64,000 nucleotides of DNA from an uncultured Acidobacteriota bacterium (GCA_963827655.1 CAWHCF010000023.1:192001-256000), one strand, 5' to 3'; shown: positions 29,678 through 39,886, numbered from the stretch's first letter. Program-made: numbers and translations. Notes: generated by a model not told the origin, from the sequence alone.

Positions 29678-31057
29678 TTGACCATCGCAGAATCGAGCAT
29701 TTTCTGGGACACGCTGCTCCAGCTGATAGAGGAAGGCAAGGTCGTTCCGATCGCGGGGCAGGATCTTTTGACCATCGACACGCCGGCGGGTTCGAAGCTG
29801 CTCTATGCCTACCTCGCCGAGCAGCTGGCCGGATATCTTGGAATCTCCGGTGACAGCTTGCCGGCGGGCAACGAACTCAACGAAGTCGCCTACCGTTTCC
29901 TGGCGCAAGGCAACCAGCTGGAGGATATCTATCCCGCGCTGAAAGCAGTCGCCTCCAAAGTCGAGGCTTTACCGGTCCCAGAACCACTGCTCCAGCTGGC
30001 CGACATCCGTCCGTTGCAGTTGTTTGTCACTACCACCTTCGATTCCTTCTTGACACGAGCGATCAACCAGAAACGCTTCGGAGGCAACGCGACGACCAGA
30101 GTAATCGCCTATTCGCCCACCGAGCTGGCAGACCTGCCCGGCGACATGAAGAGTTTGAATTCGCCCATCGTCTATCACCTGCTTGGCAAGCTGTCGTCTA
30201 CTCCGGCCTATGCCGTCACCCAGGAAGACTTCGTTGAGTTCTTCCACTCGCTGCAATCGGGGACGCGGCAGCCTCCGCTGCTGTTCGACGAGTTGAATCG
30301 GCAAAGCTTGATGGTTCTTGGCAGCCGCTTCAGCGGCTGGCTGGCACGTTTCTTCATGCGCATGCCCAAGCGGCAGCGTCTTTCGGCCGGAGGCAAGAGT
30401 GATTATGTCGTCGATGCAGAGGTGAGCAACGACGGCAATCAGGTGCTGTTCCTTAAGAACTTCAGCAAGGCGACAAAAATCTATCGCAGCGGGGGAGTTC
30501 TCGAGTTCGTCCGTGAACTCCATGGCCGCTGGAGGGAACGTCACCCCGAAAACACTGAGGTTGTTGCCGCGCCCTTGGATTCCTCCCTGGCACCTCAACT
30601 GAGACCCGGTGCCGTATTTCTGAGCTACGCCAGCGGCGACGCCGAAGCGGCGGAAAAGCTCAAGATGGGCCTGGAAGGAGCCGGCGTTGACGTATTCTTC
30701 GATCGGGAGCAGCTGGAACCTGGAGACGATTGGGAGGCAAAACTGCGGCGCAGCATCCACCACTGTTCGCTGTTCCTTCCGATCATCTCGCAGCACACTT
30801 TGACTCCCGAGCGCCGCTTCTTCCGCATGGAATGGAACCTCGCCCTCGAAGAGGCCCAAAAAGCTTCCTTCTCTGATGACGAAGCATTCCTGCTCCCCGT
30901 CGTAATCGATGATACGAAAATCGACGACCCTGCAATTCCATCCAGGTTTCGCGCCACCCAATGGAAATCACTCCCCGGCGGCCAACCGACACCGGATTTC
31001 GTCAGCCGCGTGCAGCAGCTCTATCGAAAGTACCTGAAATCCCGAGCGAGGACCTGA
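29678..31057 (+). CDS. SIR2-like domain + C-terminal TIR domain protein
   Basis: N-terminal VVPIAG...FVTTTFD...VYHLLGK...LMVLG (degenerate SIR2_2 pattern); TIR VFLSYAS.D...VFFDREQLEPGDDW...FLPIIS...FFRMEW. Confidence 0.82.
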   Translation: MTIAESSIFWDTLLQLIEEGKVVPIAGQDLLTIDTPAGSKLLYAYLAEQLAGYLGISGDSLPAGNELNEVAYRFLAQGNQLEDIYPALKAVASKVEALPVPEPLLQLADIRPLQLFVTTTFDSFLTRAINQKRFGGNATTRVIAYSPTELADLPGDMKSLNSPIVYHLLGKLSSTPAYAVTQEDFVEFFHSLQSGTRQPPLLFDELNRQSLMVLGSRFSGWLARFFMRMPKRQRLSAGGKSDYVVDAEVSNDGNQVLFLKNFSKATKIYRSGGVLEFVRELHGRWRERHPENTEVVAAPLDSSLAPQLRPGAVFLSYASGDAEAAEKLKMGLEGAGVDVFFDREQLEPGDDWEAKLRRSIHHCSLFLPIISQHTLTPERRFFRMEWNLALEEAQKASFSDDEAFLLPVVIDDTKIDDPAIPSRFRATQWKSLPGGQPTPDFVSRVQQLYRKYLKSRART

Positions 31058-32976
31058 TGCACGTCGAAGAGGGGGTCCCGCAAGCTCCATCCGGCTCGTC
31101 AACCGTCAGCACCGACAATCCTTGGCCGGGACTGCTGGCCTTTCGCGAAGCGGATCAAGGTTATTTCCAGGGCCGCAAAGCCGAGACCGAGGAACTGTTT
31201 CGCCTGGTGATGCGCGAACGCCTGAGCGTTTTGTTCGGTCTTTCCGGCCTGGGCAAGTCCTCGTTGCTGCAGGCCGGTCTCTTTCCCTTGCTGCGCCGCG
31301 AAACCGTTTTCCCGGTCTATATCCGCCTGGACTTCTCTGACCCAGAGCCCGAGCTGGTCGGCCAGGCAAAGGCCGATATTGCCCGCGAAGCGTCGGCGGC
31401 GCACATCGAAGCTCCACCGGCCAAAGCCGGCGATACGCTCTGGGAATACTTTCACCGCCAGGACAACGACTTCTGGAACGCCCGCAACCAGCCCGTGATT
31501 CCTCTCCTGGTTTTCGACCAGTTCGAGGAGATCTTCACCCTTGGCCGCGTAGACCCAAACCGCACGCGAGCCACGGAAGCGCTGATCGAGCAACTCGCTG
31601 ACCTGGTCGAAGGCCGGCCTCCTGCAAGACTCAAAGCCAGACTTGACGAGCATCCCGAGGAAACCAAGGAATTCTTGTTCTCACATCACGATTACAAGAT
31701 TCTCCTCAGCATCCGTGAAGACTTCTTGCCGGACCTGGAAGCCTTGCGCACCCGCATGCCGGCTCTGTCACTGAACCGATTCCGCCTCCGGCGAATGAAC
31801 GGCGAGGCTGCCGTTCTGGTAGTGAATCAAGCCCGGCACCTGATCGATCCCGATGTCGCCGAACAGGTGGTGCGCTTCGTTGCCGCCGACCAGCGCCGCC
31901 TTCCGCTTGCCGATCTCGAGGTGGAACCCGCGCTCCTGAGCGTCGTCTGCCGGGAACTGAACAACAAGCGTCGAGCCCTGGGTGCGCCGAAGATCACCGC
32001 CAGCCTGCTTGCGGGCAGCCACGAACAGGTCCTCGAGGGCGTGTATGAGTCGAGCGTGGCAGACCTTCCGATTGAGGTACGGCGGTTTGTTGAGGACCGC
32101 CTGCTGACCGTTTCCGGCTATCGCGACAGTGTTGCCCTTGATAACGCGCTCAGTGCGCCCGGCGTCACTCGCGAGTCCATTGCCCGTCTCGTGGACCGCA
32201 GGCTTGTGCGCCGGGAAGATCGGGGTGGTGTGCAACGCCTGGAGCTGACGCATGATCTTCTTTGTGGAGTCGTACGCGCCAGCCGCGACCACCGCCTCCA
32301 GCTCGAGGCCGCTGAAAATGAGCGGCGTGCTCTTCTGGAAGCGCAGGAACGTGAGAAGCTGCAGCGAGATCGCCAGAACTTGAAGAGAACCCGAGTCGCC
32401 GCCGCTTTGTTCCTGATTTTGACGATCGCAGCCGTCGCGGCTGCAATTTGGGCGGTCAAATTACGAACGGTGGCCGAGAATGCCCGGACAATTGCGGAGA
32501 CGGCGCGATCGGAGGCAGACAAGGCGCGGCTCGATGCCGAACAACAGCGCAAGAGGGCGGAATCCGCAGTTGAAATGATTCAGAGAAGCCTGCTCATCCG
32601 GCAGGCCGCGCTGTCCGGAGATAAAGTCAGCCTCGCCAGGCTGCTATCGTCACTGGATCAGAACACCACCATCCGCTTCACAGCCAGGGCCACCGACCTT
32701 GGATACAAGAATCCCAGTAACCAGCAGGTCTACAAGTTTGATCTCTACCCGGAACCTGGGACAGCCGGCAAAGACGCAGTCGCCTTCGTTACCTACCTGG
32801 CGGACCATCCCACGTTCCAGAACACGCTGATGACCGCCGGCGCGGACCGAGGCTTTCGCGCTTCCTACATCGGTTGGGGATGTCTGAACCGTATTGTTGC
32901 CCTGGTGGAATACAAGGATCCCACGCGCCCGCCCACCGTGGCGGAGTTTAACATGTGCAACGCACTCAGTTGGTGA
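31057..32976 (+). CDS. STAND (nSTAND1-like) NTPase with TM helix and C-terminal pYEATS-like domain
   Basis: NPWPGL..F..GR, Walker A GLSGLGKSS, Walker B LVFDQFEE, REDF, ELTHD; TM VAAALFLILTIAAVAAAIWAV; C-terminal VTYLADHPTF...GFRASYIGWG. TGATG overlap with the upstream gene. Confidence 0.82.
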   Translation: MHVEEGVPQAPSGSSTVSTDNPWPGLLAFREADQGYFQGRKAETEELFRLVMRERLSVLFGLSGLGKSSLLQAGLFPLLRRETVFPVYIRLDFSDPEPELVGQAKADIAREASAAHIEAPPAKAGDTLWEYFHRQDNDFWNARNQPVIPLLVFDQFEEIFTLGRVDPNRTRATEALIEQLADLVEGRPPARLKARLDEHPEETKEFLFSHHDYKILLSIREDFLPDLEALRTRMPALSLNRFRLRRMNGEAAVLVVNQARHLIDPDVAEQVVRFVAADQRRLPLADLEVEPALLSVVCRELNNKRRALGAPKITASLLAGSHEQVLEGVYESSVADLPIEVRRFVEDRLLTVSGYRDSVALDNALSAPGVTRESIARLVDRRLVRREDRGGVQRLELTHDLLCGVVRASRDHRLQLEAAENERRALLEAQEREKLQRDRQNLKRTRVAAALFLILTIAAVAAAIWAVKLRTVAENARTIAETARSEADKARLDAEQQRKRAESAVEMIQRSLLIRQAALSGDKVSLARLLSSLDQNTTIRFTARATDLGYKNPSNQQVYKFDLYPEPGTAGKDAVAFVTYLADHPTFQNTLMTAGADRGFRASYIGWGCLNRIVALVEYKDPTRPPTVAEFNMCNALSW

Positions 32977-33110
32977 GTGTCGGAGCGCCGCCGCGGCATG
33001 CACAACTGCGTGCCGAGAAGCATGCAGTCTCCGGTTTCCAGGCCGCTATCCGGTCCGTTCGTGCGGATAGCCGGCTGTCCGTTGATCTGCGCAGTGCGGG
33101 CATGGCTGGA

Positions 33111-34052
33111 TCATGGATCGCGCAGCAGCAACCGCACGCTGGCCATCACCGTCTCCCAGGCTGGCGCCTGGGGGTTGATCCCATCGAAGTGATTGGCGCC
33201 TTCCATGATCGGCATGCGAACCGGGTCGCCCGCCTTCTCGGCCGCCGCAACATAATCCTTGAATAGCCCGAGCCACCCGTCGCGATTCTTGCCCGCCAGC
33301 AAAAGTTCCTGCTTCACGCCGATCGGCAGCAAGCCACTCGCCGAACCCTCGCGATAGCGATCAGGAACCTCCGCCGGCGTACCCCCGACAAACTGCGTGA
33401 TCACAGGCCCGCCGCACACCGGCTGCTCGATGGCGCGGGCCGCTGCGAGATCCGGAGGCCCATCGACGCTCACAACGCCTTTCAGTGGAAGCGGCGAATC
33501 CGTGTGCAGCACGCTGCCCTTCGGCAGCTTCTCTCGCGCGGCCAGCCACAACGCGAGCTGACCGCCCGACGAGTGACCGATCGCGATTGCATGCTTCAGG
33601 TCGAGATGATGGCGCGTGGCCAGTTCGCGTAAGAGGTCCGTCGCCTTGCTTAAATCGAGATAGGTGCCGGGCCAACCGCCCCCCTCATTTCCCAGACGGC
33701 GATACTCAACGTTCCACGAGGCGATCCCGGCTTTGGCAAGCGCCGCGGCCATCGGGCGCAGCAGCTCGAAGGAAGTGACGGGCTCGGGCAGCTTCCCCAG
33801 CCTGGCCGACCAACATCCTCCATGAACAAGGATCGCAACGGGAAACGGTCCGGCTCCGGCCGGCAATCGCAGTTCGCCGAACTGGAGCGGGTCCTTGCCG
33901 TAGACAATCCGCTCATTCGCGGGCGGCGTCTCCTGCTTGATCAATTCCAGGGGATTCGTTGCCTGGCCGTGCAGGAAACCGGCTGAAAGCAGAGTCAGTG
34001 CAGCGAGCCGTTGCACAAGAGTCCGACTGCCGATCGGTTTGGCCAATAGCAT
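33111..34052 (-). CDS. Secreted alpha/beta hydrolase (esterase/lipase)
   Basis: HGGCW, EYRRLG..GGGWP, GHSSGGQLA, NHF. Confidence 0.88.
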   Translation of the reverse strand: MLLAKPIGSRTLVQRLAALTLLSAGFLHGQATNPLELIKQETPPANERIVYGKDPLQFGELRLPAGAGPFPVAILVHGGCWSARLGKLPEPVTSFELLRPMAAALAKAGIASWNVEYRRLGNEGGGWPGTYLDLSKATDLLRELATRHHLDLKHAIAIGHSSGGQLALWLAAREKLPKGSVLHTDSPLPLKGVVSVDGPPDLAAARAIEQPVCGGPVITQFVGGTPAEVPDRYREGSASGLLPIGVKQELLLAGKNRDGWLGLFKDYVAAAEKAGDPVRMPIMEGANHFDGINPQAPAWETVMASVRLLLRDP

Positions 34053-34160
34053 GAATATCCTTTCCTTGGAGACGCAATACGAATGCGCCCGCAGAAATGT
34101 TCGTCCTTTTGCAGGAGTGCGGTAGCTTGCTTCGCCGTTCCAATTCAGCTGCTACCTCCG

Positions 34161-35045
34161 CTACCGCACTGCAGACCCGGCCGACCTGGCGCGCGTCAGG
34201 AGATCGGGTGTGTTCAGGCGACGGCATGTTTCGGTAAAACTCGGGCGCGGTCCCCTCCAGCGAAGCTCTTCGATAGAATCGAAGACCGGCACATCGGTTC
34301 GCAACGTGGCCAGTGTGCGAAACAACATTGCTTCCTTCCAGTGACCGAACAAAACCTCGGAAAGCACCGGGCGGCTGCGGATCGACGGATGCCACTGCTT
34401 CCAATCTTTCGGAACGGCTTCCAGGTGTCCATAGCGAGAAAGGATCGCGGCAGCGGTCTTGTGCCCCCATCCGGGCAAACCCGGAAATCCGTCGGCGCTA
34501 TCGCCGATCACCGCCAGGTAATCGGGTATCGATTGCGGCTTCACGCCGAACTTGGCCTCGACGCCGGTCTCGTCGCGGATGACGTTGGTCCGGCGATTGA
34601 GTTGAACGATACGTGTGCCTTCAACACACTGGCTGAGATCCTTATCAGGCGTGCAAATGACGACTTGCCCTACGCCATCATCCTGCGCGGCTTTTCGGGC
34701 GGCGGAGGCCAGGGCGTCGTCCGCTTCATAGTAGACCATCGGCCAGACTACTACGCCCATGTCTTCGAGCGTTTCTTCGAGAATCGGGAACTGTGAAAGC
34801 AGCTCCTGAGGAACTCCCTCGCTGGTTTTGTAGCCAGGATAGAGATCATTCCGAAACGACTCCACCACGTGATCGGTTGCCACTCCAAGATGGGTTACCC
34901 CGCGCTCGATCATGGACAAAACGGAATACAGAACGCCGCGAACGGCGCCGACTTCTTGTCCATTCAGGTCGGCCGTAGCCGGCAGAGCGAAGAAGTGCCG
35001 GAACAGCTCATAGGTTCCATCGATCAAGTGAATTGTCGCTGGCAT
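34161..35045 (-). CDS. Stand-alone 5'-3' exonuclease / flap endonuclease
   Basis: LIDGTYELFR, SFRNDLYPGYK, EADDAL, DKDL, GDSADGFPGLPGWG. Confidence 0.9.
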   Translation of the reverse strand: MPATIHLIDGTYELFRHFFALPATADLNGQEVGAVRGVLYSVLSMIERGVTHLGVATDHVVESFRNDLYPGYKTSEGVPQELLSQFPILEETLEDMGVVVWPMVYYEADDALASAARKAAQDDGVGQVVICTPDKDLSQCVEGTRIVQLNRRTNVIRDETGVEAKFGVKPQSIPDYLAVIGDSADGFPGLPGWGHKTAAAILSRYGHLEAVPKDWKQWHPSIRSRPVLSEVLFGHWKEAMLFRTLATLRTDVPVFDSIEELRWRGPRPSFTETCRRLNTPDLLTRARSAGSAVR

Positions 35046-35194
35046 TTTGCGGCACAGGGTACCATCTTTGATCTGCGGATAGAAGCTGTCCGCGCCTTCG
35101 TACGCGAGTTTCGCACAGCCTGAGCGGACGTTATCGTGGCCGGCGCCCGATGGTTTCAGAGCCCAGCGCGGTTCCGAAGATTACCAGGCCTGAT

Positions 35195-35557
35195 GAGACC
35201 GTCGCAAAACCCCCCGAAACATGTGCGGACGGGCTATCAAGCCCGTCCGGCCCCTAGTGGCACAAAAGCTTTCATTGGTCATTTCTCATTCGTCATCTGT
35301 CATTTGTCATTAGTGCGTGTTGCGGGCCGGGTTTGCGCTCGCAGACTACGCGGGCCTTGTTACAATCCCTTCCCCCCATGAATGACAAATGAAAAATGAA
35401 AAAATGGCTAATGACTAATGACAGGAAAAGAACTTCTTAAGGGTAAATCCTCCCGATCACGTTACTTGCGACGGTTTCTGATGGCCCGTCGCCACAGGGG
35501 GCTCGGATAATGTCTGAGCCGATCTACAGGGGAGCGCGTATGTTGTGCAACAGTCTC
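35195..35557. mobile_element. MITE-like element (copy B) with terminal IRs and an internal heptamer-repeat insertion
   Basis: GAGACCGTCGCAAAA ... TTGTGCAACAGTCTC; flanked by CTGAT / ATCAG (AT duplication in a palindrome); same internal hairpins as copy A. Confidence 0.72.
35269..35425. repeat. Inverted heptamer-repeat element (TCATTTG ... AATGACA) flanked by an AAAAG direct repeat
   Basis: Absent from the homologous position of MITE copies A and C; AAAAG at 35264-35268 and 35426-35430. Confidence 0.8.
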
Positions 35558-35792
35558 ATCAGACCTGTGTGTCGAGCGCAATCGTGGGTTCGTACCCGTC
35601 CTTGCGATTTCTCTACGCGACCCAATAAATAATCGGCAGGCACCCCTGGATTTCCGCAAATTCTCCCTTCGTAGCATCGCCTGGTGTATGATTCGCACCG
35701 GTTAGTGGTTCTGACATGGGCGCCATTCCTGGAGGATAAACTGTCTCTCGATCCGAGATGCCTCCTGTTCACACTATGAAGGCAAGACCTCG

Positions 35793-36671
35793 ATGATCCA
35801 AAAGACTGCCGCTTTAGCAGTCCTCGTGTTCGCCGTCGCATCCGTGTCCTCCCGGGCCGATGAGGCGGGCCTCCGCCAAGCCGTCACCTTCTACGCTTCC
35901 TTCGACGCGGCTGTCCAAGGGGACTTCGGCGGCGGAGAGCTGACCCTGTCCACGCGCACCAACCACAAGACGGAAAAGGGCGCGTTCGTCTTCGAGAAAG
36001 GGTTCCCCGAGAAGGCGTTTCGCATCGCCCCGGGCAAGGGGATCTCCGGCGGCGCGCTGGAGGCCGTTGATGTCCTGCCCGATAACGGCCGCATCTTCTT
36101 CCCGGTCCGGGGAAACATCGCCTACCAGAAGGGGGGCTGGGGTGGGGCGGTCTCGATGTGGATCAACCACGACCCCGACACTCAGCTCAAGACACGCTTC
36201 TGCGACCCCGTGCAGATCACCGAGAAGGGGGCCGGCGACGGCGGCATCTGGTTCGACTTCAACGATGCCAAGCCCAATCGGAACCTTCGAATGGGCACAT
36301 TTCCGGCCGTCTCCGCGGGCCGGCAGCTCAAAGAATCGCGCGAGGCATTCTCGCCCATGGTGTGGGTCGATAAGCCGGGTCTCAAGGTGGGGGAGTGGCG
36401 CCACGTGGCGATGGTGTGGAACAACTTCGACACCGGAAAGAACGATGCCCGCGCCGCCTTGTATATCGATGGCAAGCTCGCGGGCGAGATCAAGGACAAG
36501 GACTATCCCATCTCGATGGATTGGAACCTGGACAAGGCCGGCATCTACATCGCGGTCAGCTATATCGGCCTCATCGATGAGTTCGCCCTTTTCAAGCGGG
36601 CGCTGACGGAAGACGAGATCCGTCTCCTGCGGACTCAACCGGCTGTGCTGTCGACTCTCAAGCGCCGCTGA
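35793..36671 (+). CDS. Secreted LamG/concanavalin-like jelly-roll protein
   Basis: Signal peptide; EWRHVAMVW, LYIDGK, GLIDEFALFKRALTEDEI. Confidence 0.8.
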   Translation: MIQKTAALAVLVFAVASVSSRADEAGLRQAVTFYASFDAAVQGDFGGGELTLSTRTNHKTEKGAFVFEKGFPEKAFRIAPGKGISGGALEAVDVLPDNGRIFFPVRGNIAYQKGGWGGAVSMWINHDPDTQLKTRFCDPVQITEKGAGDGGIWFDFNDAKPNRNLRMGTFPAVSAGRQLKESREAFSPMVWVDKPGLKVGEWRHVAMVWNNFDTGKNDARAALYIDGKLAGEIKDKDYPISMDWNLDKAGIYIAVSYIGLIDEFALFKRALTEDEIRLLRTQPAVLSTLKRR

Positions 36672-36984
36672 CCTCGTCCCCATGTCTGGACCCATTCCCC
36701 AAGAATGCTTAGCGCATCACCTCGATGGTAGACGCTGCCAGAGCGCCTGCAGCCGGGCGCGCCCCCGCACCGCTTGCGTGGCCTTGACTTCCTGGCAAAG
36801 CCATTGGACAATTATCGCTTGCTGGACGTCGTCGCGTCGGCCTTGTCGCTTGGCAGCCCCCGTTGAGAGAACGACAGGAGATGCGCGCTGACGCCGCCAG
36901 CACGAGGAGTGCGCGCTCGTGTCGCGCTGTCTGTTCTACACGCAGAGTTGAACCCATCCAAGTTGACCCATCCGACAGAAGGCC

Positions 36985-38527
36985 ATGACCCAGCAAAGCC
37001 ATTCGAAGGCACAACTCACCCTTTTCGGCGTATTCCTGCTTCTTCTCACTGCCGCCTGCACGAAAGAACCTACGCCGCCGGCGGCCACACCCCAGTCACC
37101 GGAGCGCCAGGCGACTCCAGAGCCGAAGGGCGCGTCCGACGTCCAGTCGCCGGAAAACCCCTTACTTGATATTGCCGCCCGGAAGTGGACCGGCGATTTA
37201 GACGGCATGATCGAGCGGCGCATGGTTCGTGTTTTGACCACGCCCTCGAAGACCACATTTTTCGTTGATCGGGGCACACAGCTTGGTCTGGTGCCCGACT
37301 CCTTCCGGTTGTTCGAGGACGACCTGAACAAGCGACTCAACAACAAGAACATTCGAGTGCACGTCGTGTTCATTCCGGTTGCGCACGACGATCTCATTCC
37401 GGCGCTGCTCGACGGGCGCGGCGACATCGTGGCAGCGACCAAGTTGATCACCGCCTGGCGCAAGGAGCAGGTCGACTTCGCGAACCCGACGAGGAGTGGC
37501 ATCTCTTCAATCATCGTCACCGGGCCCGGCGCGCCGCCGATTGCGACGGTCCAGGATCTGAGCGGCAAGGAGGTCTATCTTCGGACCTCGGACGTTTCGA
37601 CTCAGGGCGTCGAGCGGTTCAACGCCCAGCTTGCCGCGTCAGGCAAACCGCCGGTGAAGATTCGGCCGGCTCCGGAAGTGCTCGCCGACGAAGACATCCT
37701 CGAGATGGTCAACGCGGGTCTGGTCCCCATGACGATGGTAGACGATTACATCGCACAGTTCTGGCAGCAGATCTTCCCGGGAATCGTGCTCAACACAGCT
37801 GCCGCCGTCCGGACCGACGGCCAGACGGCGATGATGATCCGCAAAAACAGCCCGAAGTTGATGGCCGAGCTGAACGCGTTCGTCGCCCGTTACCCGGAAG
37901 GATCGCTGCAGCGCAACGTGCTGCTGCAGAAATACCTGAAGAGCGTCAAGTACGCCAAGGCGGCGACAGCGAAGGAGGACCTCTCGAGGTTCAATCAAAC
38001 CGTTGAGTTCATACGCAAATACAGCGACCAGTACAAGCTCGACTATCTGCTCATGGCCGCTCAGGGATACCAGGAGTCGCGAACTCGATCACAGCAAGAA
38101 GAGTCCGGTGGGAGCGATCGGTGTGATGCAGGTGATGCCGAAGACCGGCGCAGAGCTGAAGGTCGGCGACATCACACGCCTCGATGCCAACGTCCACGCG
38201 GGTGTGAAATACATTCGCTTCATGATGGATCGCTATTACGCCGACGAACCGATGGATTTACTCAACAAGGGCCTGTTCACATTCGCTTCCTACAACGCCG
38301 GGCCCGCCCGTATCCAGCAACTCCGCGACCGCGCCGCAAAACGCGGTTTGGACCCGAACAAGTGGTTCAACAATGTCGAGATCATCGCGGCCGAGAACAT
38401 CGGCCGGGAAACCGTGCAGTACGTCTCGAACATCTACAAGTACTACCTCGCCTACAAAATGCTCAGCGAGCAGAAGCAGGAGCGGTTGAAGGCCAAAGGG
38501 GGACTTGAGGCGAACAGCAGGCAGTAG
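36985..38527 (+). CDS. MltF-like lytic transglycosylase (SBP + SLT domains), frameshift near 38080
   Basis: Lipobox LTAAC; WTGDLDGMIERR; AQGYQES; continuation GAIGVMQV, ASYNAGP, ETVQYV. Confidence 0.85.
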
Positions 38528-38572
38528 GCAGAATTTCGTACTGCCTACTGCTTGCCGCCTACTGCCTGCTGT
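38514..38572. repeat. Inverted heptamer repeat (GCAGTAG / CTACTGC)
   Basis: CAGCAGGCAGTAGGCAG...CTGCCTACTGCTTGCCGCCTACTGCCTGCTG; contains the mltF-like stop codon. Confidence 0.75.
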
Positions 38573-38579
38573 TGTGCGT

Positions 38580-38779
38580 ATGCCACAGGTAACGAAATCA
38601 AAACCGGCTTCTTGACGGCGAACAACGAGGAGGAAGTGCTGACCGACTATTTGTGCGACTGGCCCGGCTGTGCGAATGTCGCCGTGCATGTGTTGGGCTG
38701 CGTAAAAGAAATCGCCTCGGTCGCCGCCGTGTGCGAAGAACACCTGGCGGCAATCAAAGCTCGGACCCGCACTCTGTAG
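38580..38779 (+). CDS. Small Cys/His-rich (putative Zn-binding) protein, probable frameshift just after the start
   Basis: ATG CCA CAG GTA at 38580, then in another frame EIKTGF...YLCDWPGCANVAVHVLG...VCEEH. Confidence 0.5.
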
Positions 38780-38890
38780 TTTGCGGCCCTACCCGTCGCG
38801 CCCGTTCACCGGCTGGTTCGAGTCAAGGCTTCACTGCAAAGCAACCGCGAAGTCCCGAAGCCTGCAGGAAATCGCGCAGAGGAAATAACC

Positions 38891-39886
38891 CTACTGGACG
38901 ATGAGCATGACCTCACGCCAATTGTAGTGCTCCGCAAGTCCCAGGCCGACCAAGCTTCCGACCAGGGTTCCTACGCCAGTTCCGATCACAAAGCCGTGGG
39001 CTGAATCCTGATCGGCAGCTCCCAGGAGCGCGCCCGAAAAGAAACCTCCGAGCCCGCCGCCTATCGCGGCAGCAAGTCGATTGCCGCCGATATTCTCCCG
39101 GTAAGCCACGGTCGAAATGTGATCGGTCGAGATCCGAATTCGTCCTCGATAGGGTTTTTCGGATGCGTCGGTCACATCGAACTCAATCTCGCTCTCGGTT
39201 CCGTGGATAACCTTTCCCTTCAGGTAAGCGGCATCGCGCAGCATCAGGTGGAGCTTTCGACCTTCAATCCATCGGAAGAGCTGGTGGCGTGGAATCTTGA
39301 GCGTCCAGTTCCTGGCCGGCGCCAGGGGCCTGCCAGTGCCCCCGCGAAAGTAGAGCGCTCTTTCACGAGTCGCCAATCCGGAATCCAGCAAGGTTCCGAC
39401 ACCGGCCCCGATTCCGAAACCATACACGAGCCCGGCAGTCACAGCCGCCGCCGAAAATTCATCGCCATCTTCCGTGAAGGCCGCCCCGATGCCGATACCA
39501 ATGCCGGCGCCGATCCCGGAGCCTGCCAGGACACCATCGCGCAAGCGGTCGTCTGGAACAAGCGCAACCGCAACCACCTTCTCCCGCTCCACTCCGTTTA
39601 TGTCGAGGATCAAACTGGACTCGGTCACTGCCATGAATCTCTGGACCATTCGGCCGCCATTCTCGAGATAGACCGCGATCCGGTTTCCCGGTTTCAGCTG
39701 TTGCAGGTTCTCCCAGCTACCCACGGTACCGGAATCGGGCGGAGTCCCTGGCTGGGTTGGGGCATCGGGCAAGCCAATGTTCATCCGTCTACCGGCGCAG
39801 CCTGTGTTGGCGAGAATCAGAAGCAAAGCACCTGTGCTTGCGAGTATCGTCTTCACCTCGACCTCCGAATCGCTACCCGTTTGCAA
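38891..39886 (-). CDS. Hypothetical membrane/lipoprotein with two beta-domain + glycine-zipper units
   Basis: Long ORF with AAGGAG RBS; GxGxGxG hydrophobic hairpins occur twice. Confidence 0.6.
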   Translation of the reverse strand: MQTGSDSEVEVKTILASTGALLLILANTGCAGRRMNIGLPDAPTQPGTPPDSGTVGSWENLQQLKPGNRIAVYLENGGRMVQRFMAVTESSLILDINGVEREKVVAVALVPDDRLRDGVLAGSGIGAGIGIGIGAAFTEDGDEFSAAAVTAGLVYGFGIGAGVGTLLDSGLATRERALYFRGGTGRPLAPARNWTLKIPRHQLFRWIEGRKLHLMLRDAAYLKGKVIHGTESEIEFDVTDASEKPYRGRIRISTDHISTVAYRENIGGNRLAAAIGGGLGGFFSGALLGAADQDSAHGFVIGTGVGTLVGSLVGLGLAEHYNWREVMLIVQ

